Positions 41,601 to 47,914 of a DNA stretch of 64,000 bases are shown piece after piece. The translations under genes were made by a program, and so were the position numbers. Source of the stretch: an uncultured Planctomycetia bacterium (lineage in GTDB: Bacteria; Omnitrophota; Gorgyraeia; Duberdicusellales; 4484-171). The stretch's first letter is position 1. The number at the start of each line of letters is the position of its first letter. The notes under the pieces are model-generated. The model searched no databases, had not been told where the DNA came from, and was given only the letters and a program-made list of their open reading frames with translations. The stretch spans positions 210,276-274,275 of the forward strand of contig CAZAYU010000001.1 of NCBI GenBank assembly GCA_964489445.1, in the 5' to 3' direction.

Positions 41601-42315
41601 TTTTACTTTTAAAAAAATAATTAATTAACCCTACCGAAAATATACAAGCTGTTTCTACACGTAATATGTTTTTTGAAAGATTGATAGATATAAAGTTGTT
41701 TACTATTAGCTCTTCTTTTTCCTCGTCAGAAAACCCGCCCTCTGGGCCCACAACAATAACTACTTTTTGCACATTTTTATCAATTATTTTTGAAATTTTA
41801 CCTCCACTAAAGCAAGCAACTAGTTTATTCCCGTACTGAATTGATAGTAATTCGTTAAATTCCATGGCTTCCTCCATCCGAGGAATCCATAACCGTTCGG
41901 ATTGGCGCGCCGCTTCGATGATTACTTTTCGCCAACGCTTTACTTTATTTAGAGAAAGCGGGAAGCGCATGCTCCTGGAACAAGAAAACGGAATAAATTT
42001 TTCCACCCCCAGTTCGGTTCCTTTCTGGAGAATTAAATCAATTTTACTTTCTCTTGACAACGGAAACGCTAATGCTATTTCTAATGCAACAGGTTTTGAT
42101 TTTCTAGATAAGCCTTCTTTTCGGAAAGTAACTGTTTTCCTTGTAATATCAGATATCCTATACTGATATTCCTCCCCTCTTCCATTAAATAAATAGACTG
42201 TTTCTTCCTTAGTCAGAGATAAAACTTTTCTTATTTTATGAACAGTTTCTCTATCGTCAACCACCACCAAAGGAGCAATTCTCTCCGGCAAAACATAAAT
42301 CCTAATTTTAGACAT
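41590..42315 (-). CDS. rsmE: 16S rRNA (uracil1498-N3)-methyltransferase RsmE
   Basis: 241 aa; SPOUT knot motif VVIVVGPEGGFSDEE. Confidence 0.88.
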   Translation of the reverse strand: MSKIRIYVLPERIAPLVVVDDRETVHKIRKVLSLTKEETVYLFNGRGEEYQYRISDITRKTVTFRKEGLSRKSKPVALEIALAFPLSRESKIDLILQKGTELGVEKFIPFSCSRSMRFPLSLNKVKRWRKVIIEAARQSERLWIPRMEEAMEFNELLSIQYGNKLVACFSGGKISKIIDKNVQKVVIVVGPEGGFSDEEKEELIVNNFISINLSKNILRVETACIFSVGLINYFFKSKNEN

Positions 42316-42364
42316 CGTAATATTTAATTTTTATCACTACCAGATAACAGCTATAGGCCAAATA

Positions 42365-42437
42365 TGGACCGAAGCGGACTTGAACCGCCGACCTCCTCGT
42401 TGCGAACGAGGCGTTCTCCCAGCTGAACTACCGGCCC
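42365..42437 (-). tRNA. trnA: tRNA-Ala (anticodon CGC)
   Basis: rc gives GGGCCGG-TA-GTTC-AGCTGGGA-GAAC-G-CCTCG-TTCGCAA-CGAGG-AGGTC-GGCGG-TTCAAGT-CCGCT-TCGGTCC-A; G3:U70 Ala identity pair present; CCA not encoded. Confidence 0.85.
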
Positions 42438-42511
42438 ATAAAAAAGTATCTATTTAGGGTTATTCTTTATTTTTTATTGGCATCGAGCCGACACCGGCGA
42501 GATGCCTTAAT
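42426..42511. repeat. Copy 1 of 86-bp perfect direct repeat (includes first 12 nt of tRNA-Ala plus 74 bp upstream)
   Basis: 42426-42511 identical to 42700-42785 (period 274 bp); contains GC-rich compound hairpin GGCATCGA-GCCG-ACAC-CGGC-GAGATGCC (42479-42506). Confidence 0.9.
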
Positions 42512-42667
42512 ACCAAAATAACAGTTTATAAGTAAGTTAACCTAAATAATATCCTTCGTCGCTTCGTTCCTCAGGATTAATTCAGCTAATATATTTTTAT
42601 TCGCTTTGTTCTAAAAAACATAAGCTTTATTAAGATCTCTCGCTTCGCTCGAGATTAATTCGACTAA

Positions 42668-42688
42668 GCGTTTTTCTTCGAAAAACGC
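42668..42688. other. Perfect 9-bp stem / 3-nt loop hairpin in inter-repeat spacer
   Basis: GCGTTTTTC-TTC-GAAAAACGC. Confidence 0.7.
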
Positions 42689-42699
42689 AAGTCTCATTA

Positions 42700-42785
42700 A
42701 ACTACCGGCCCATAAAAAAGTATCTATTTAGGGTTATTCTTTATTTTTTATTGGCATCGAGCCGACACCGGCGAGATGCCTTAAT
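42700..42785. repeat. Copy 2 of 86-bp perfect direct repeat (tRNA 5' fragment not followed by a tRNA body)
   Basis: Identical to 42426-42511; hairpin copy at 42753-42780; flanks diverge on both sides. Confidence 0.9.
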
Positions 42786-43016
42786 TTTAAAAGCAACAAT
42801 TTTGTGACCGAACAACCAAAACAAAACTTTTAGCGCTTAACATAGCTTATCTATTAAAACAAAATTTGGAGGCAATCATTCTGCACATACCAGCAGATAT
42901 TCACATTGCATCCTTCATCGTCCATTTTTTTAAAGTTAATTCGGATAGAATATACTTACAACAACTTTTTTGCAGAAAATTAAGAAGACAGGATAATTAA
43001 AAAATAATTACTACCC

Positions 43017-43379
43017 CTATGGCAGTTCCCCATAAGAAGCTGTAGCCTCTAGCTTATGCGTGCCAGCAGGAGCATCCAAGCCTTCTGTACCTACCACAAT
43101 TCTTGTATAAAGCCCGTCTGAAGGATATCCCACCTCGCCACTTCCAACTCTAATCGGATATGTAGAACCTGTATCGCTAGGTTTACTTATATCTCCTTTC
43201 CTTAAGCCCTCTAACGCATGAACAACTACAGCTTTCGCAGCATAAAAAACTCTCATTCTTCTTATTTTATGCTCAGCAATGCGTGATTCTTGAGTCATTA
43301 AATACAAAACAGCCAGAGCTAAAGCGCTAACTACAAACATTATCCCAATTACAATTGCCATTACCATGCTTTTCTTCAT
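43017..43379 (-). CDS. Hypothetical membrane-anchored/exported protein (N-terminal TM helix; weak resemblance to PilX-N type pilus-protein N-termini)
   Basis: 120 aa; MKKSMVMAIVIGIMFVVSALALAVLYLMTQESRIAEHKIRRMRVFYAAKAVVVHALEGL then Gly/Pro/Ser-rich domain; local GC (~43%) above surrounding; SD AGAGGGAAGG. Confidence 0.6.
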   Translation of the reverse strand: MKKSMVMAIVIGIMFVVSALALAVLYLMTQESRIAEHKIRRMRVFYAAKAVVVHALEGLRKGDISKPSDTGSTYPIRVGSGEVGYPSDGLYTRIVVGTEGLDAPAGTHKLEATASYGELP

Positions 43380-43380
43380 T

Positions 43381-43587
43381 TTACACCTTCCCTCTTAGGC
43401 TAATCTGGTAGATATTCTCTTCATTTTTAATCAAAACATGCCCGTTTCTTGCCAGCCAGCCTAAACTCATCAATATCACTTCTTTTGGTTTTTCAATCCC
43501 CAGAACTAATTCTTCTAAGTTTGTTCTTTGATATCTATCCAAGAAATTTAAAATTTCTCCGGCAATTATTCCTATTTCTGTAATCAT
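43381..43587 (-). CDS. Small winged-helix protein, DUF2582-like
   Basis: 68 aa; MITEIGIIAGEILNFL...LMSLGWLARNGHVLI pattern recalls the DUF2582 wHTH family (IGxxAGxVW...LGWLAREGK); start overlaps upstream gene by 4 nt (ATGA). Confidence 0.6.
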   Translation of the reverse strand: MITEIGIIAGEILNFLDRYQRTNLEELVLGIEKPKEVILMSLGWLARNGHVLIKNEENIYQISLRGKV

Positions 43588-43805
43588 TGTTCTTTATTTA
43601 TACTTCCACAAACTGGGCATTCCCAAAATTCAAAAAACACCGAAATAAAATAGACTGATGCGCAAATCTCACATTTTTTCTTTTTAAGATTAACTTTTCT
43701 CCTTTTAACAATAATTCTTTGATTGCTAACCTGCTCAGCAAAAAAAGCAAAAACGATAAAGCTACTCAAAAAAAACCCAACAAATAAGGCCGCCTCTACC
43801 TGCAT
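43584..43805 (-). CDS. Hypothetical small membrane protein with C-terminal Cys4 zinc ribbon
   Basis: 73 aa; TM helix LFVGFFLSSFIVFAFFA, Lys-rich linker, CEIC...CPVC. Confidence 0.55.
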   Translation of the reverse strand: MQVEAALFVGFFLSSFIVFAFFAEQVSNQRIIVKRRKVNLKKKKCEICASVYFISVFFEFWECPVCGSINKEQ

Positions 43806-43810
43806 TTATT

Positions 43811-44317
43811 TTACCATACTTGCTCTATTTTTGTCCAGAAAAATCTGCTATCCATGAAATAAGCTGAGTTACGAATATACTCCTGAAACCTCAATGTATT
43901 CCTTGAATCAACAGATAGCTTGTCTGGATAGGAAAGGATGATGTTTCCTTTCAACGAAACATACACCATGCATGAAGCAATTTCTTCCGCAGGGGAATGA
44001 AAGAGCTTTTCTGCTTTCCACAAATAAAAATATTTTTGCCTTTTTTTTAATATAAAATCACTATCTGCTGAGCTATTTTTTTTAGAAGATAGCATTAAAA
44101 ATAAACTTCCGTTCTTGTCGCAAGCAAAAATATCTTGGCTTGTTGACGGAGAAAAAAATAGTCGACGGTTAGAATCAGCTACTGGTAAACCAACACCTCT
44201 CGGTAAATAAGTTTTTTTTTGCTTAGTATGTAAATCTTTTTTGCTGAGGATATTCATCCATCCATAAATTATCGGATGCGATTTAGCTTCAATACGCAAA
44301 GATATCAAAGAACACAC
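43811..44317 (-). CDS. Hypothetical protein in the TonB/TolA slot downstream of exbD; start uncertain
   Basis: 168 aa from GTG at 44317; reading frame stays open upstream to the exbD stop and encodes a hydrophobic segment (FFLAFSIFIHLAVCSLISL) but has no ATG/GTG/TTG there. Confidence 0.5.
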   Translation of the reverse strand: MCSLISLRIEAKSHPIIYGWMNILSKKDLHTKQKKTYLPRGVGLPVADSNRRLFFSPSTSQDIFACDKNGSLFLMLSSKKNSSADSDFILKKRQKYFYLWKAEKLFHSPAEEIASCMVYVSLKGNIILSYPDKLSVDSRNTLRFQEYIRNSAYFMDSRFFWTKIEQVW

Positions 44318-44391
44318 CGCTAAATGGATAAATATAGAAAATGCTAAAAAAAAATTATCAAATACTTTTTTCTCATTAAATCTACCAAGCG

Positions 44392-44790
44392 CTACTCATT
44401 GTAAGTTGTAGCAATACCAATTTTTTCAATGCCTACTCTTTTACATATATCCCATATACCGACTACCGCCCCCAAACTCGCATCTTTATCGGATTTTATA
44501 AAGATTGACTCATAATTTTCTTTTCGTAAGAAATCTTCTACTTCTACCTTTGTGCTCGGTTCATCATTTAAATAAACTATATCTTCACTAGAAATAACAA
44601 GCGTTAGTGACCGAGAATCTATTTCTTCCGGCTTTAGAGCTTGTGGTAGTTTAATATTAACTCCGGGAATAACTACAAAGCTAGAAGTAAGCATAAAAAA
44701 TACTAAGAGGAGGAATATACAGTCAATTAACGGCGCAATATCTATTTGACGCAGCCCAGCCTCAACTCTTACATTCTTTCTAAATTTCAT
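44392..44790 (-). CDS. exbD: Biopolymer transport protein ExbD/TolR
   Basis: 132 aa; N-terminal TM (IAPLIDCIFLLLVFFML) plus periplasmic ExbD domain. Confidence 0.88.
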   Translation of the reverse strand: MKFRKNVRVEAGLRQIDIAPLIDCIFLLLVFFMLTSSFVVIPGVNIKLPQALKPEEIDSRSLTLVISSEDIVYLNDEPSTKVEVEDFLRKENYESIFIKSDKDASLGAVVGIWDICKRVGIEKIGIATTYNE

Positions 44791-45418
44791 CGCGATACCT
44801 ATTTTCCGGAAGTATTTCTAAAAACTCTGTAGCCGCACGCTCTGCTTCTAAGGTAATTAAATTGACTTTATGAACAAAATAATTATACATAATATACGTA
44901 GGTATTGCTACACATAAACCTCCGACTGTAGTCAAAAGTGCTTCCCAAATTCCACCCGCCAAATCTGAAGGATTAACCAGTCCCAGAATAGAAGTTTTTT
45001 GTTCTATAATATAAAAGCATTTGACCAAACCAACTACTGTACCCAAAAGTCCTAACAACGGAGAAATATGAGCAATAGTACTTAAGAAATTTAAATTTTT
45101 TTCTAACTTAGGTATTTCATACAAAGAAGCATTCTCCATTGATTCTCGGATAACCTCCTTCGATGCCTCATAATGAATTAATCCTGCCTTCAGAACGTGT
45201 GTCGCATAAAACGGGCTTTTCTCACAAACATCAATTGCTTCGGTAATCTTATGCTTGCGCACCAAGTCTAAAATCCGAGATACAATAGAAAAAGAATTAG
45301 ATCTGACACTTAAATAAAAAAATATTCTTTCCAGAATAATTGTTAATGAAAAAACTGAACACAATAATATTGGCACTATCAACCAACCACTCTTAACTAA
45401 TAACTCCCACATATTCAT
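44780..45418 (-). CDS. exbB: MotA/TolQ/ExbB proton-channel protein
   Basis: 212 aa; three TM helices, conserved C-terminal TM2-TM3 block; strong SD AGAGGAGGAAG. Confidence 0.88.
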   Translation of the reverse strand: MNMWELLVKSGWLIVPILLCSVFSLTIILERIFFYLSVRSNSFSIVSRILDLVRKHKITEAIDVCEKSPFYATHVLKAGLIHYEASKEVIRESMENASLYEIPKLEKNLNFLSTIAHISPLLGLLGTVVGLVKCFYIIEQKTSILGLVNPSDLAGGIWEALLTTVGGLCVAIPTYIMYNYFVHKVNLITLEAERAATEFLEILPENRYRDEI

Positions 45419-45445
45419 ACTTCCTCCTCTTGCATTACCCCTGTA

Positions 45446-47914
45446 TTATTTTGCTTTTTCGCTACCTATCTTTTCTAATCTTATTTTAGCTATTTTAGCC
45501 TCTTTAGCTTTAGAATCAATTATTTTTCTGTAAGTTTCCCGAGCCATTTTAAGATTATTACTCTTCTCGTAAATCCGTGCTATTCGAAAATAAGCCTTTG
45601 TTCTATAATCTACATCCTCCCTGTTTAAATCTTTTTTCTCCAAGCTAGGCTCTGAATAGACAGAATGTAGATACTCTTCTGTAGCCTCTGGGAAATTACC
45701 CGCTCTTTCTAAGCATAGTCCTAAGTTAAATCTTATTTCCGCACTATCAATTCCGTTATTTACTGCTTCCTTAAATGCATCAATTGCCTGCGGATAATCT
45801 TTATTTTTTTTCAACAAAAATGCCTTATCGACAATTGCTATTTTCGCCACAAAATTATTCAGCTTGATAAGCTGATCATACAACGGCATTGCTTCAATAC
45901 CCCTGCTTTCTTCAACAAGAATCTTTGCTAAATAAAGTTTCCCTTTTGATGCCATGGGCCCTTCTCTGGATATTAAATCTTTCAAACACTCTTCTGCTTG
46001 GCTTAATTTTCCCCTGTTCCAATAAAAGCACCCCAAGGAAAATAACGCCTCTTGTTCTGACAAAGACCCCGGATACTTTTCAATAATCTCCTTGTAACAC
46101 CTTTCCGCTTCATCAAAATTTCCTTCTTTTTCACTTATGCCCCCCAGCTGGAGCTTCACTGAAAGTAAATATGGGGAATTAGGATACTTTTTAATAATCT
46201 CTTCCCAAGTTTTCTTTGCCTGATCAAACCGTGCCAAATTTAAATAAGAATTACCAATATCAACATAAACTAGCACTTGACTGTCATCATCCTTTATTTT
46301 CGGGAGCGTTTTTCTAAAGATTGATAACGCTCGCTCATAATTCTTCTCATTAAAAAAACATTTCCCGTAAAGATGTTGCACTTTGCCCATAAATTTACTG
46401 TACGGAAATTTACCCATAAAATCACTTAATAAATCTTTTGCAGTAGAATAGTCTTCTTGAGCAAAATAAGCAACAGCTAGATAATATTGGGCTTGGGAAA
46501 CAAGCTTCGACGAAGGAAAATTGTTCTTTAGATTTTTTAACGCAAGGAATGCATTACCCAAATCTTCTTTCTTCAAAAAGGATATTCCTATCTGAAATTG
46601 CAAATAATCAGCATATGTTGTACTAGGGTATCTTTTAAGAATATCTTCATATATCGCAAGGGCCTCGTCATAATCACCAATTTCCTGATAAGCGTCAGCT
46701 ATCTGAATTCGTGAACCTACTCTGACTACCAAATCATCACTGTTTTCCAGAGTGTCACGGAATTCATTAATCGCCTTATTGAATTTATCGTTTTTTAAGT
46801 AACCCCAGCCCAAGCCATAGTGAGCTTTGTTTGTTATGTCCACCTGTTGCCCATCATCAAAGTTATTCAATATATATTTATACATATATATTGAATCATT
46901 TATCCTGCCCATTTCATACAATAAATCACCCTTATTCAAATAAACCTGACGTATTAATTTACTTTTCGAAAAATCACGGATAAAAATATTAAAAATTTCC
47001 AAAGCCTGGACGTTATCACCAGCTTTAAAATAATAATCCCCCTGAGAAAAAAGACGTAATTCTTTATCTTTTATTTTATCGATGTTCACCCTAGCCTCAG
47101 AATTATTACCGATCGCCAAATAATTAAGCCCTACCCCATGATAAATTAAATCGTTAAGTTCTTGGCTATTACTTCCTAATACGGCCTTCTGGTAATTTAA
47201 AAGTGACTCTTTCCATCTGTCTAAGTAATAGTAACTTTGGGCTAAGTAAAAATACACTTCTGAGTGAAGCCTATTTTCTTTTATATCCTTAAAATAATCT
47301 TCGCTCAAAGTAATTGTTTTCAAATACTGTTTTTCCCGGAAATAAATACCCACTAACTTTAAGTAAGAATTGCTTACAACTTCTTGATCCTGTTCATCTT
47401 TAATAATTCCCTTTAGAACATCTTTAGCTTCCTCTGCATCTCCTAACTTTAACTTACTTTCCGCCATTAAATAAGAAGCCTTCGCTTTGAATAAAGAATC
47501 GGGATAAGAATTAATTATTTTTTTTGACCAAGAAAAAGATTCACTAAAATTTTTATACTTATAATTGACTAATGACAACCAGTAATAAATTTCGTCCAGC
47601 ATATCTCCAAATTGCTTTTTATTCCAAACATTATTTAAAATTTCTAAAGCTTGCCGATAATCATCTGCATAATAATATCCCTTGACCAGATAAATGTTTG
47701 CTTTTACTGACAAGTTGCTGTCGGGAAAATTATTAATAAACTTCTTAAAGAGAGAAGTAGACGCATCATAAAACCCATCAGAAAAAGCATTAACCGCAAC
47801 CTGATACTCCTCTTCCTGGTTGTCTATTGCAAAACATACACAAGGTAACACAATTAATAAAAACGCAACCAATAAAATAGCTTTTAGATTTAAATATTGA
47901 AAATACCTTTTCAT
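45446..47914 (-). CDS. Exported tetratricopeptide-repeat protein (about 822 aa)
   Basis: True start most likely ATG at 47914 (MKRYFQYLNLKAILLVAFLLIVLPCVCFA signal peptide), 1-nt overlap with uvrA stop; ORF-track N-extension (TTG inside uvrA) rejected. Body is TPR repeats throughout. Confidence 0.8.
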   Translation of the reverse strand: MKRYFQYLNLKAILLVAFLLIVLPCVCFAIDNQEEEYQVAVNAFSDGFYDASTSLFKKFINNFPDSNLSVKANIYLVKGYYYADDYRQALEILNNVWNKKQFGDMLDEIYYWLSLVNYKYKNFSESFSWSKKIINSYPDSLFKAKASYLMAESKLKLGDAEEAKDVLKGIIKDEQDQEVVSNSYLKLVGIYFREKQYLKTITLSEDYFKDIKENRLHSEVYFYLAQSYYYLDRWKESLLNYQKAVLGSNSQELNDLIYHGVGLNYLAIGNNSEARVNIDKIKDKELRLFSQGDYYFKAGDNVQALEIFNIFIRDFSKSKLIRQVYLNKGDLLYEMGRINDSIYMYKYILNNFDDGQQVDITNKAHYGLGWGYLKNDKFNKAINEFRDTLENSDDLVVRVGSRIQIADAYQEIGDYDEALAIYEDILKRYPSTTYADYLQFQIGISFLKKEDLGNAFLALKNLKNNFPSSKLVSQAQYYLAVAYFAQEDYSTAKDLLSDFMGKFPYSKFMGKVQHLYGKCFFNEKNYERALSIFRKTLPKIKDDDSQVLVYVDIGNSYLNLARFDQAKKTWEEIIKKYPNSPYLLSVKLQLGGISEKEGNFDEAERCYKEIIEKYPGSLSEQEALFSLGCFYWNRGKLSQAEECLKDLISREGPMASKGKLYLAKILVEESRGIEAMPLYDQLIKLNNFVAKIAIVDKAFLLKKNKDYPQAIDAFKEAVNNGIDSAEIRFNLGLCLERAGNFPEATEEYLHSVYSEPSLEKKDLNREDVDYRTKAYFRIARIYEKSNNLKMARETYRKIIDSKAKEAKIAKIRLEKIGSEKAK

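Noticed and set aside
42615-42697. 27-codon minus-strand ORF in the spacer (MRLAFFEEKRLVELISSEARDLNKAYVF)
   Set aside because: No Shine-Dalgarno; the perfect hairpin lies inside it; too short to evaluate. Left as non-coding.
42620-42712. Second (pseudo)tRNA following repeat copy 2
   Set aside because: After GGGCCGGTAGTT the sequence cannot be folded into a cloverleaf (4-nt D-loop, 9-bp/3-nt hairpin instead of an anticodon arm, no T-arm).
42868-43009. Plus-strand GGAGG followed 5 nt later by an open 43-codon frame
   Set aside because: Frame begins with ATT and contains no ATG/GTG/TTG. A plus-strand gene would be unique in the window.
42365-43016. Integrative element/prophage remnant at tRNA-Ala
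   Set aside because: No integrase, transposase or phage genes nearby. The duplicated segment contains the tRNA 5' end (integrases typically duplicate the 3' end). 86 bp is too long for a target-site duplication and the enclosed segment is only 188 bp. Partial duplication is more likely.
42438-43016. Housekeeping ncRNA (RNase P RNA, SRP RNA, tmRNA, 6S) in the 580-bp non-coding stretch
   Set aside because: Conserved cores (RNase P P4 AGGAAAGUCCGG, SRP domain IV GGAAGCAGCC, tmRNA tRNA-like ends) are not present on either strand. Cannot exclude a novel sRNA.
43811-44317. X168 as a TonB
   Set aside because: No proline-rich spacer and the C-terminus does not match the TonB-C fold consensus; kept as unknown.
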